From contig JBKJQB010000024.1 of NCBI GenBank assembly GCA_046594105.1, positions 1 to 63,568 on the forward strand: a DNA stretch of 63,568 nt. The letters are read 5' to 3'. This stretch comes from Thermoanaerobaculia bacterium (GTDB lineage Bacteria; Acidobacteriota; Thermoanaerobaculia; Gp7-AA8). The notes under the pieces were generated by a model. That model was not told where the DNA came from, made no database searches, and saw nothing but the letters and a program-made list of their open reading frames with translations. Position numbers and translations under genes: made by a program. Below, one piece after another: positions 1 through 8,040 of this stretch (within the stretch, counting starts at the first letter, position 1; the number at the start of each line of letters is the position of its first letter).

Positions 1-944
1 TCCGGCGCGAAGCGCTGACCATCGGTCAGAGCCCACTTCATGAAGTCGACCATCATCCGCGCGCGCTGCTTATCCTTTGGCCGCTCATAGAAGAGCATCC
101 AGGTAAACGACGAGATCGGATAGACGTTGTGTCCTGGAGCGTTGGTGATGGAGACCCGAAAGTCCTTGGGCATGGCCTTCGTTGCCGCGCCTGCGGCGTT
201 GGTCACGGTTTCCGTGGAGGCGCGCACGAACTCGCCCGCGGCGTTCTGCACCGGCCCATACGGAATCTTGTTCTGGATCGCGTAGATCAGCTCGACGTAG
301 CCGATGGCACCGGGAGTCTGCTTGACCAGACCGGCCACACCCTCATTCCCCTTGCCGCCAACACCAACCGGCCAGTTCACCGAGGTGGCCACGCCGACGG
401 TCTTCTTCCAGTCGGGGGAGAGCTTCGCCAGAAAGTCGCAGAAGATGTAGCTCGTTCCCGAGCCATCGGATCGGTGCACCACGGTGATGTCGAGATCGGG
501 GAGATTGAGGCTGGGATTGACAAACTTGATCGCGGCATCGTTCCACTTCGTGATCTTGCCGAGGAAGATGTCGGCCAGCAGCTTGCCGGTAAAGCGGACC
601 TCGGCGCTAACGCCGGGCACCAGGTACACCGGCACCACCCCTCCCATCACCGTCGGAAGGTGCAGGATCGGGCTTCCTGCCGCGAAGATCTGCTCCTGGG
701 TCATCGGTCCGTCCGTGGCGCCGAAGAAGACGGTCTGGGCGGTGAGCTGCCGGATTCCGCCGCCGGAACCGATGGACTGGTAGTTGATGCGCACGTTCGG
801 ATGCAGATTGTTGTACTCCGAGAACCACTTCGAATAGATCGGGTTGGGAAAGGTAGCGCCGGCACCGTTGATCTGCTGTGCGCCGGCAACGGTGGCAACG
901 AAGAGTGCAGCGATGAGGGCAACGATGGTTTTCATTCGAGTCAT
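1..944 (-). CDS. pstS: Phosphate ABC transporter substrate-binding protein PstS (3' end runs off the window)
   Basis: Hand translation of the minus strand: MTRMKTIVALIAALFVATVAGAQQINGAGATFPNPIYSKWFSEYNNLHPNVRINYQSIGSGGGIRQ, i.e. a signal peptide plus the PstS GAGATFP and GSGGG motifs. Not in the ORF track because it is truncated. Confidence 0.95.
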   Translation of the reverse strand, partial: MTRMKTIVALIAALFVATVAGAQQINGAGATFPNPIYSKWFSEYNNLHPNVRINYQSIGSGGGIRQLTAQTVFFGATDGPMTQEQIFAAGSPILHLPTVMGGVVPVYLVPGVSAEVRFTGKLLADIFLGKITKWNDAAIKFVNPSLNLPDLDITVVHRSDGSGTSYIFCDFLAKLSPDWKKTVGVATSVNWPVGVGGKGNEGVAGLVKQTPGAIGYVELIYAIQNKIPYGPVQNAAGEFVRASTETVTNAAGAATKAMPKDFRVSITNAPGHNVYPISSFTWMLFYERPKDKQRARMMVDFMKWALTDGQRFAP

Positions 945-956
945 TGGTTTCCCCTG

Positions 957-2063
957 TTAGAAATTGATGAGCATCTTGAGACCGTAGCGGGTGTCGTCCG
1001 CCCGGGCCGGCGTGAACTGGTCGGAGCGCAGCTTGTCGTAGTCGAGCAGGAAGGCCGTGGTCACCTTCTGGAGGTTGGGCACCCAGTAGGCCACCCCGAA
1101 GATGTCGCGCCTGGTGCTGGTGGAGCGAAAATCCTTGTTCGGCTTGAAGTGGTCATGACGCAGCAGCAGCTCCCAGCCGCTGGTTCCCAATCGTGGAGTG
1201 GCCCACACGGACCAGCCGTTGCTGCTGACGGTCGGCTTGGTTACGGTGGCCCGGTCCTTGGCGGAAGCCACTTCCACTCCGAGGTTTCCCAGCGGATGCT
1301 CGAAGGTGACCTGCCCGATGGCGCGCTGGCGCTTGGCGCGCTCCACGACGTGATCGTCGTCGAAGAATCCGGTCAGGCGAAGGTTCCGCCACACTCCTCC
1401 GAGAGGCAGCGGACGCACCGTGCCCCGCACCTGAAATGCTTTCTGGTTGTTCGCTTCCGCCCGGGTGTAGCCGTCCCCGTTGTAGTAGCCGGCGTGCAGA
1501 TCGCCGTAGTTCCCCGGAAAGTTGTAGTGGCCGGACAGGCCGGCATCGGCGGACGTCAGGTAGCCGATGCGCTCGGCGAATCCCGTTCCCTGAAACCGGT
1601 AGCGGTAAATGGTATCGGTGTAGTCGACGTAGGGCGTCTGCTGGATTCCCAGCCGGGCCCAGGATCCTTTGGTGGCCCAGTCGTCGAGGTTCACCTGGGC
1701 AAAGGCGTACTTCAAGCGAAAGAGCTGACTGCCGGTGAGCGATGGTCCGGTACTCGTTTCGCGCGAAATGTCAGGGGTGACCCGGAAGGCGATCCAGTGG
1801 TTCAGATTTCCGGTGACGTTGATGTAGGCGCGGTTCACGTTGAACGACGACGGGTGGATGGAGTTCCCGTCGGCGTCCCTGCTGGAAGGCGACCCGATAT
1901 ACGTGTAGTCCGCAAAGATCGTCGTGCCGATCTTGATGGCCGGCGTGTCGTCCGCCGGCGTGACTCCCGCGGCGGGCGTGACCTGAGCGGCAGCCGACAG
2001 CGCGATCAGGGTGGATGCAGCAACGGCGAACACCATTCGATTTCCAGCGGCTCTGAGTCTCAT
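957..2063 (-). CDS. Outer-membrane beta-barrel porin, probably phosphate/anion-selective (OprO/P-like)
   Basis: Start reassigned to ATG 2063 (GAGGAGG upstream). Signal peptide, amphipathic beta-strand pattern and C-terminal Phe (YGLKMLINF). Lies directly upstream of pstS. Confidence 0.75.
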   Translation of the reverse strand: MRLRAAGNRMVFAVAASTLIALSAAAQVTPAAGVTPADDTPAIKIGTTIFADYTYIGSPSSRDADGNSIHPSSFNVNRAYINVTGNLNHWIAFRVTPDISRETSTGPSLTGSQLFRLKYAFAQVNLDDWATKGSWARLGIQQTPYVDYTDTIYRYRFQGTGFAERIGYLTSADAGLSGHYNFPGNYGDLHAGYYNGDGYTRAEANNQKAFQVRGTVRPLPLGGVWRNLRLTGFFDDDHVVERAKRQRAIGQVTFEHPLGNLGVEVASAKDRATVTKPTVSSNGWSVWATPRLGTSGWELLLRHDHFKPNKDFRSTSTRRDIFGVAYWVPNLQKVTTAFLLDYDKLRSDQFTPARADDTRYGLKMLINF

Positions 2064-2407
2064 TCTGCGAAGCCTCCTCATGGGCGGTGATGTTGAGTCA
2101 GAGGAGGTGCAGCGCGATTGGTGGACACGTAAATTCGAAGTGAAAGGAGAGCGAATCCTGCGCGCGCTTCGAAATCCGGCCGATGTCGAGGCAGAGACGC
2201 GTGGCAAGCCCTTTAGGTGAGTCCGGCCGCGGAATGAGTCGGTGAGGCGGGACGGGCGTCCGACGCGCCCCAGCGCCTCCCGAACGACGGGCTCGCCGCC
2301 AAATCGCGCACGATCGATTTCGTGACTGCAACCGCAGTCGACTGGCTGGTCAACAGAAGCCTGAAACGCAGAACGCCGCATTCCTGCGGCGTCGACGATC
2401 GGGGGAT

Positions 2408-2483
2408 TGGTGGAGCCGAGGGGGATCGAACCCCTGACCTCCTGAATGCCATTCAGGCGCTCTCCCAGCTGAGCTACGGCCCC
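2408..2483 (-). tRNA. tRNA-Ala(GGC)
   Basis: 76 nt, GGGGCCGTAGCTCAGCTGGGAGAGCGCCTGAATGGCATTCAGG...GGTTCGATCCCCCTCGGCTCCACCA; anticodon GGC, encoded CCA. Confidence 0.98.
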
Positions 2484-2538
2484 TTGCGTCCGGGACTGGG
2501 TCAACGCGAGGACCGCGTCGAAATTCCAGTGCGCGCGG

Positions 2539-2567
2539 ATTGTAGACGACGAGGCTGAGAGGGGCAA
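2539..2567 (-). promoter_or_regulatory. Sigma70-type promoter of tRNA-Ala
   Basis: TTGCCC-N17-TACAAT followed by a GC-rich discriminator (CCGCGCGC), typical of stable-RNA promoters. Confidence 0.65.
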
Positions 2568-2749
2568 CGACTTCGCGTTTGGCTCCGTCAGACCACCACT
2601 CTGGTTGCGCAATCACCCCCTCCTGTGTCGAACCAGCAGGAACGGCTTCGGGCCCGCGGAACGGCAGACGCACAGAACAGTTGGCATCATCTCTGAACTG
2701 TTCCGTTACTCGTTCCCGGTAGGCCAGAGGCAAAGGGGTTTCCGCCGCC

Positions 2750-3601
2750 ATGTTTGACGATGTCCTGATCGAATCAGCAGGTAGGGACAAGCAGAAAGGT
2801 GGATGGGTCACCGCCTTGATTTCGGGCGCCCTCCACGTCGCCATCATCGGCGGCGTCATCGCTGCGGGTTACTACGTCAAGCAGAACCCGCAGATCATCG
2901 AGAAACCGATCCACGCGTTCGTGGTGTCGCAGGCGGCCCCTCCACCACCGCCGCCCCCTCCGCCGCCACCGGCAGCCCATGCCTCCTCCACCCCGAAGAC
3001 TCCTCACGTGGTCAAGAAGACGCCCATCCTCACTCCGCACAACACCTTTCATCAGCCGACAAAGACTCCCAAAGAGGTTCCCCAGCTGGAGCCGGTGGAG
3101 AGTGACACCGCAGCCGACACCACAGCCTCCACCGACACCGCCGACGATACGGGCGGCGTGGTGGGCGGGGTGGAGGGTGGCGTCAAAGGTGGTGTGGTGG
3201 GCGGTGAGAAAGGCGGAGTGATCGGCGGCGTCATTGGCGGCGTGGTCGGAGGAACCCTGGGCGGCACGCTGGGTGGACAGCTCGGGGGCGAACTGGGTGG
3301 AACCGGCGACAAGCCGATGCGCGTGGGCGGAAATGTTTCCGCTCCGGTGGCCATCAAGCGCGTCGATCCTCAGTACACAGAAGTGGCGCGTTCGGCAAAG
3401 ATCGAAGGCATCGTGATCATCGAAGCCATCATCGACACCGACGGGCGGGTCACCGACGCGCGCGTGCTCAAGACGCTGGGAATGGGCCTGGACGACGCAG
3501 CGCTCGATGCCGTGAAACGATGGAGATTCAAACCGGGAAGACTCAACGGGCAGCCGGTGCCCGTCATTTACAACCTGACGGTCAATTTCCGACTGCAGTG
3601 A
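2750..3601 (+). CDS. tonB: Energy transducer TonB family protein
   Basis: N-terminal TM helix, poly-Pro linker, GGxx repeat, and TonB C-terminal domain (PQYTEVARSAKIEGIVIIEAIIDTDG...AVKRWRFKPG). Confidence 0.92.
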   Translation: MFDDVLIESAGRDKQKGGWVTALISGALHVAIIGGVIAAGYYVKQNPQIIEKPIHAFVVSQAAPPPPPPPPPPPAAHASSTPKTPHVVKKTPILTPHNTFHQPTKTPKEVPQLEPVESDTAADTTASTDTADDTGGVVGGVEGGVKGGVVGGEKGGVIGGVIGGVVGGTLGGTLGGQLGGELGGTGDKPMRVGGNVSAPVAIKRVDPQYTEVARSAKIEGIVIIEAIIDTDGRVTDARVLKTLGMGLDDAALDAVKRWRFKPGRLNGQPVPVIYNLTVNFRLQ

Positions 3602-3626
3602 TCGAGACGTAGAGAGGAGCGTTTGC

Positions 3627-4349
3627 ATGGAAGGTATGGGTAGCAATTTCAGCATGCTGGGGATGTGGGCCTCGATGAACTGGGTGGCCAAGGGTGTGGT
3701 CGTCGTTCTGGCCGCGATGTCGGTATGGTCGCTGACCATTGCCATCGAACGGGTGATCCGGTTCCAGCGCGCCAAGCGCGAGTCGCTGGGCATCGCCCTC
3801 GGTGTCACCCCGATGCTCAAGCAGCACAAGCTCGACGACGCCATCACGCTCACCCGCGACAAGAAGTTCAAGCACAGCCATCTGGCGCGCGTGCTCAAGG
3901 CAGGCCTGACCGAGTTTCAATACCAGGCCAGCGAGAAGCTCCCCGACGACTTCGATCTGGTGGCCTCCGGGCAACGGGCCATCGAACGGGAGACCCTCAT
4001 GACCACCGCGGAGATGAAGAAAGGCCTCGGCAATCTGGCCACCATCTCCACGACCGCGCCATTCGTCGGTCTGTTTGGCACTGTGGCCGGAATCATCCAC
4101 GCCTTCCAGGGCATGGCCCTCAGTGGTTCGGGCGGACTGGGCGCGGTCTCCGCCGGCATCGCCGAGGCGCTGGTGACCACGGCTTTCGGCCTCTTCGTGG
4201 CCATCCCCGCCGTGTGGATGTACAACTACTTCCTCAACAAGGTCGAGCGCTTCCAGGTGGAGATGTCGAACTCCTCCTCGCAGCTGGTCGACTACTTCAT
4301 CAAAAATGAAGCACGCGTGCGCGCCTCAGCGGGAACGCGGCAGGGGTAA
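3627..4349 (+). CDS. exbB: MotA/TolQ/ExbB proton channel protein
   Basis: LATISTTAPFVGLFGTVAGII and GIAEALVTTAFGLFVAIPA motifs. Confidence 0.93.
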   Translation: MEGMGSNFSMLGMWASMNWVAKGVVVVLAAMSVWSLTIAIERVIRFQRAKRESLGIALGVTPMLKQHKLDDAITLTRDKKFKHSHLARVLKAGLTEFQYQASEKLPDDFDLVASGQRAIERETLMTTAEMKKGLGNLATISTTAPFVGLFGTVAGIIHAFQGMALSGSGGLGAVSAGIAEALVTTAFGLFVAIPAVWMYNYFLNKVERFQVEMSNSSSQLVDYFIKNEARVRASAGTRQG

Positions 4350-4352
4350 TCG

Positions 4353-4799
4353 ATGGCATTCGGTGCAGGCGGCGGAAGCCCCGACGAAGTCAAAGGAGAC
4401 ATCAACGTCACCCCGCTGGTGGATGTCTGCCTGGTGCTGCTGATCATCTTCATGGTGGTCACGCCCATGCTCCAGTCAGGAGTGGACGTTCTGCTGCCCG
4501 AGGGCCCGCACTCATCCAAGAAACCGGGAAAGCAGGAAGACCTGGTCGTGTCGATCAAGTCCGACGGCACGATCTTCATCGGCCAGGACTGGATTCCCGA
4601 GCGCGACTTGATCCGCTACCTGAAAGCCGAGCATGCCAAGGATCCCGCTCGCGCAGTGATGGTCAAGGCGGACAAGCGGGTGAACTTCGGCAAGGTGCGG
4701 ACCCTGATGAAGGCGGCCAATGATGCAGAGTTCACCGCGGTGTCTTTCCTGACGCAGAACCAGCAGGCTGGCGAACAGATCGCCAAAGGAAAGACTTAG
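4353..4799 (+). CDS. exbD: ExbD/TolR biopolymer transport protein
   Basis: DINVTPLVDVCLVLLIIFMV motif. Confidence 0.93.
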   Translation: MAFGAGGGSPDEVKGDINVTPLVDVCLVLLIIFMVVTPMLQSGVDVLLPEGPHSSKKPGKQEDLVVSIKSDGTIFIGQDWIPERDLIRYLKAEHAKDPARAVMVKADKRVNFGKVRTLMKAANDAEFTAVSFLTQNQQAGEQIAKGKT

Positions 4800-4801
4800 C
4801 C

Positions 4802-5221
4802 ATGTCCATGAGTGCCAGCAGCGGCAGCGGGGTCCGCTCGGAGATCAACATCACCCCACTGGTGGACGTGGTCCTGGTGCTGCTCATCATCTTCATGGTG
4901 GCCACACCAATTCTTCAGATGGGTCTGGATGTCGAAGTGCCGCCGAAGGTGGAGATCACCGGAGCGCCCCCACCGGAGGAAACCAATCAGCTGGTGGTGA
5001 CCGTGCGCGGCGACGGCGTGTATCTCAACTCGTTGCGGCTGGCCGACACCAAAGCGCTGCGCGACGCGCTGGCACCGCAGCTGATCTCGCGCCCGGCGGC
5101 CGATCGCGTCGTCTTCATCAACTCTGACGACAACATCGCGTTCGACCGCGCTGTCGCGGCGATGGACGCAGCCCGCGAGGCGGGCGCGCGCAAAGTCGGC
5201 TTCCTCACCGACGCGCCGTAG
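4802..5221 (+). CDS. exbD: ExbD/TolR biopolymer transport protein (second copy)
   Basis: EINITPLVDVVLVLLIIFMV motif. Confidence 0.93.
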   Translation: MSMSASSGSGVRSEINITPLVDVVLVLLIIFMVATPILQMGLDVEVPPKVEITGAPPPEETNQLVVTVRGDGVYLNSLRLADTKALRDALAPQLISRPAADRVVFINSDDNIAFDRAVAAMDAAREAGARKVGFLTDAP

Positions 5222-5295
5222 GCGGGCACGGCCGGCGGCGCTGGTTGCCCAGGGCTCCGCCAAGATCACGCTCCAAGACGTTCTGCCGCGCAGGC
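5222..5295 (+). repeat. R1a repeat copy (starts at the exbD stop codon)
   Basis: GCGGGCACGGCCGGCGGCGCTGGTTGCCCAGGGCTCCGCCAAGATCACGCTCCAAGACGTTCTGCCGCGCAGGC; near-identical copies at 31465, 44021, 44644 and 60201. Confidence 0.9.
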
Positions 5296-5344
5296 GCCGT
5301 AGCTCGCTGCGCGGAAACGGCGCGCCGGCCGACCGGCGGACGAA

Positions 5345-5442
5345 TGGCGGAGGCGGGTCGGAATCGAACCAACCCATCGACGCTTCCGCGCCGACACAAC
5401 GGTTTTGAAGACCGCGGGAGCCACCAGACCCCATTCGCCTCC
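5345..5442 (-). tRNA. selC: tRNA-Sec (UCA)
   Basis: 98 nt; anticodon arm GCGGT-CT-TCA-AA-ACCGT, long variable arm, GTTCGATTC T-loop, GCCA end. Confidence 0.93.
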
Positions 5443-5545
5443 TGAAGAAGGACTCACGACAACAGCGCGGATTCCATTCAGAATTTCGCTGCACAACCAC
5501 AGCTCACACTTCTCTCCGCCGCCAATCCCTGTACCCTAGAAACCG

Positions 5546-6346
5546 ATGCAGACGCTGCTTGCCTTTTACGCCCTGGCCATCGGCGCAATCGTCGGCAGCT
5601 TTCTCAACGTGGTCATTCACCGGTACCCGCGTGAAGAATCCATCGCCTTCCCCGCCAGCCACTGTCCGCACTGCAACACGCCGATCCGCTGGTACGACAA
5701 CGTTCCCGTCCTCAGCTTCCTGATCCTGCGGGCACGGTGCCGCGCCTGTGCCGAACCGATTTCCGTCCGCTATCCGCTGGTCGAGCTGGCTAACGCGCTG
5801 CTCTACCTCGCCATTTTCCTGCGCACTGGTGCCACCCTCGGCTTCCTGCCGCTCGCCGCGGCTGCCTCGATGATCATCGCCCTCATCTACATCGATGCCG
5901 ACATCCAGATCCTGCCGGACGTCATCGACCTGCCGGGCATCCTGGTGGGACTTTTCGCAGGATGGCTCGGGCTGGGGACTCTCTATCCGGGACTGGTGCT
6001 GGCCACTTCCCTGCTCGACTCTCTCCTCGGCGCGCTCTTCGGCGCGTCGGTTCTTCTCGCCGTGATCGGCCTCTACTGGCTGGTGCGGCGGGTGGAGGGA
6101 ATGGGACAGGGCGACGTGAAGATGCTGGCCATGATCGGCGCCATCCTCGGCTGGCGCGCCGTGCCGGGCGTCCTGCTGGTGGCCTCCATCACCGGTGCGC
6201 TCATCGGCATTCCCGCAGCGATGCGCAGCGGCCGCGGGATGCAGCTGGCCATCCCGTTCGGCGTCTTCCTCGGATTCGCCATGCTGATCGTGCTGTTCTT
6301 CGGACAGACTCTGGCGGGCTGGTACCTTTCGCTGATCGTGCGGTGA
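5546..6346 (+). CDS. pilD: Prepilin peptidase / N-methyltransferase (peptidase A24)
   Basis: GSFLNVVIHRYP, Zn-binding CPHC and CRAC, catalytic Asp motifs (IDAD, GMGQGDVK), IPFGVFL. Confidence 0.96.
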   Translation: MQTLLAFYALAIGAIVGSFLNVVIHRYPREESIAFPASHCPHCNTPIRWYDNVPVLSFLILRARCRACAEPISVRYPLVELANALLYLAIFLRTGATLGFLPLAAAASMIIALIYIDADIQILPDVIDLPGILVGLFAGWLGLGTLYPGLVLATSLLDSLLGALFGASVLLAVIGLYWLVRRVEGMGQGDVKMLAMIGAILGWRAVPGVLLVASITGALIGIPAAMRSGRGMQLAIPFGVFLGFAMLIVLFFGQTLAGWYLSLIVR

Positions 6347-6465
6347 GGGGAAGTTGAAACCAGAAACCAGAAGGCTCGGAGCGGAGTCCGTCATCCTAAG
6401 CAGTGGACAGCGCGCGCGCTGCGCCTGAGAGAAAGAAACGGGGCGCGGAGGCAAAGCGCCGGAGG

Positions 6466-6652
6466 CGCGATTGACCTTAGCCCAGGACTTCAGTCCTGGG
6501 ACTTTGAGGGGCTCCCCCAGACGAGTCCCGGAGGGACGATTGACGATGCTTCGTTGCGACACTTTCAATCGTCCCTACGGGACTCACTCTTCAGGGGCAT
6601 CAAACCCAGGACTGAAGTCCTGGGCTAAGTTCAATCGTCCCTACGGGACTCT
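6466..6652. repeat. R4 palindromic element (CCCAGGACTGAAGTCCTGGG / CGTCCCTACGGGAC arms)
   Basis: Inverted copies TTAGCCCAGGACTTCAGTCCTGGG and CCCAGGACTGAAGTCCTGGGCTAA, plus three (T)TCAATCGTCCCT(A/C)CGGGACTC units. Confidence 0.85.
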
Positions 6653-6697
6653 CAAATCCGCATAAAACCTGGGAGTTTCTTGAAAGCTGGGAAACAG

Positions 6698-6806
6698 CAC
6701 GATGAGCCGATGAGTGGGCGATGAACGTGCGCTTCGTGGTTCTTGTGAGCGGAGCGAACGGAGCGCTGGCAGGATGCCGGCGCTCCGAAGGCAGCAAGAT
6801 CTCCCG
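6698..6806 (+). repeat. R2 repeat, internally deleted copy
   Basis: Both ends match the reverse complement of 43011-43204, but the central ~85 bp between the two GGAGCGCCGGC arms is missing. Confidence 0.85.
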
Positions 6807-6968
6807 AGAGCTGCAAGAGACGGTTCATTAGAAGCCGCGCAGATGGCGAAGGACCTGCAACGTCGCAACGGCTGCCAGCAGCTTTCTCGTGATTGCAGAT
6901 CCTTCGCTACCCATCCGCCACCCACGCCACTCAGGATGACGGTCGTCAGGGTTGTTCTGCTTTCTGCC

Positions 6969-8039
6969 CTACGAACTCGCCTTCTCGGCGTCCAGCGCGG
7001 CTTTGAACAGTTCTTTGTCGATGGCCTTGTCGTAAGCCGCGCGCGCGCTGACCTTCTTCGCTTCGAAGAGTTGCTTGATCGACGAGTCCATGTCGATCAT
7101 CCCTTCGCGGATGCCGGTCTGGATGGCGGAGGTGATCTGCGGCGTCTTTCCCTCGCGGACCATGTTCCCGATGGCCGGTGAGGCGAACAGGATCTCCAGG
7201 GCGGCCACGCGGCCTCCTCCGATTTTCGGCATGAGCTGCTGCGCCACGACGCCACGAATCGTTTCGCCGAGGACGTTGCGGATGCCTTCCTGCTCCCCGG
7301 CGGGGAACACGCTGATGATGCGATCCATGGTCTTGGCCGCGTTGTTGGTGTGCAGGGTGCCGAAGACCAGCGTGCCGCGCTCGGCGGCGCTCAGGGCCAT
7401 GGAGATGGTCTCCACGTCACGCATCTCTCCGACCAGGATGAGGTCGGGATCTTCGCGGCCGGCCGCCTTGAGCGCCTCGGAGAAACTGGCCGCGTGGGAA
7501 CCGATCTCCCGTTGATGGATCAGGCATTTTTTGTTCGGGTGCACGAACTCGATAGGATCTTCGATGGTGATGATGTGCAGACTGCGCGTCTCGTTGATCA
7601 GATCGATGATCGCCGCCAGCGTGGTGGACTTGCCCGATCCGGTCGGACCGGTCACCAGCACCAGCCCGCTGCGGAACTGCGCCACGCGCTTGACCTGAGG
7701 CGGCAGCCCCAGCTGGTCGATGGTCATGATCTTGGTGGGGATGACCCGGAAGACGGCACCGGCGCCTCGCTGCTGGCGGAACAGGTTGACCCGATAGCGG
7801 GCCACGCCGGGGATCTCGTAGGAGAAGTCGATGTCGCCGCTCTTCACATACTCAGCCCACAGCTTGGTCGCCGTGATGGGCTGCAGCATCTCCGTGAAGT
7901 CGGCCTCGGTGACCACGCGGTAGCGGATGGTCTCGATCTCGCCGGAGGCGCGCAGCATGGGGGGACGGCCCACGGTGAGGTGGAAGTCCGAGGCCCCGCG
8001 GTCATTCATCAGCTTGAGGAAGCGATCGATTTTCTGCAT
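6969..8039 (-). CDS. pilT: Type IV pilus retraction ATPase PilT/PilU family
   Basis: ASDFHLTVG, Walker A GPTGSGKST, TIEDPIE, Walker B PDLILVGEMRD, GTLHTNN, AIGNMVRE. Confidence 0.95.
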   Translation of the reverse strand: MQKIDRFLKLMNDRGASDFHLTVGRPPMLRASGEIETIRYRVVTEADFTEMLQPITATKLWAEYVKSGDIDFSYEIPGVARYRVNLFRQQRGAGAVFRVIPTKIMTIDQLGLPPQVKRVAQFRSGLVLVTGPTGSGKSTTLAAIIDLINETRSLHIITIEDPIEFVHPNKKCLIHQREIGSHAASFSEALKAAGREDPDLILVGEMRDVETISMALSAAERGTLVFGTLHTNNAAKTMDRIISVFPAGEQEGIRNVLGETIRGVVAQQLMPKIGGGRVAALEILFASPAIGNMVREGKTPQITSAIQTGIREGMIDMDSSIKQLFEAKKVSARAAYDKAIDKELFKAALDAEKASS

Positions 8040-8040
8040 G

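Larger units (their letters stand above)
6388..6942. repeat. Nested cluster of REP/MITE-like palindromic elements between convergent pilD and pilT
   Basis: Outer 13-bp inverted repeat CCGTCATCCT(A/G)AG (6388-6400 / 6930-6942), inverted repeat GCGAAGGA(C/T)CTGCA (6846-6859 / 6894-6907), with two other repeat families inside. Confidence 0.75.

Noticed and set aside
129-2090. 653-aa plus-strand ORF, and the many other long antisense ORFs (e.g. 7927-10482, 25652-28213, 53285-57670)
   Set aside because: Shadow frames opposite genes with clear family motifs; expected in high-GC DNA with GC3 bias.
957-2612. 551-aa porin ORF extending through tRNA-Ala
   Set aside because: The extension crosses the tRNA gene and its promoter; the RBS and signal peptide support ATG 2063.
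5213-5302. 9-bp direct repeat GCGCCGTAG flanking the first R1a copy (possible target-site duplication)
   Set aside because: No equivalent duplication flanks the other copies; the right-hand match partly coincides with the element's own GCAGGC end.
2408-5442. Genomic island between the two tRNA genes
   Set aside because: It contains only tonB-exbB-exbD-exbD; no integrase, att duplication or evident compositional shift.
6466-6652. CRISPR-like repeated units
   Set aside because: The units are inverted and irregularly spaced, there are no unique spacers of constant length, and no cas genes are present; they fit REP elements.
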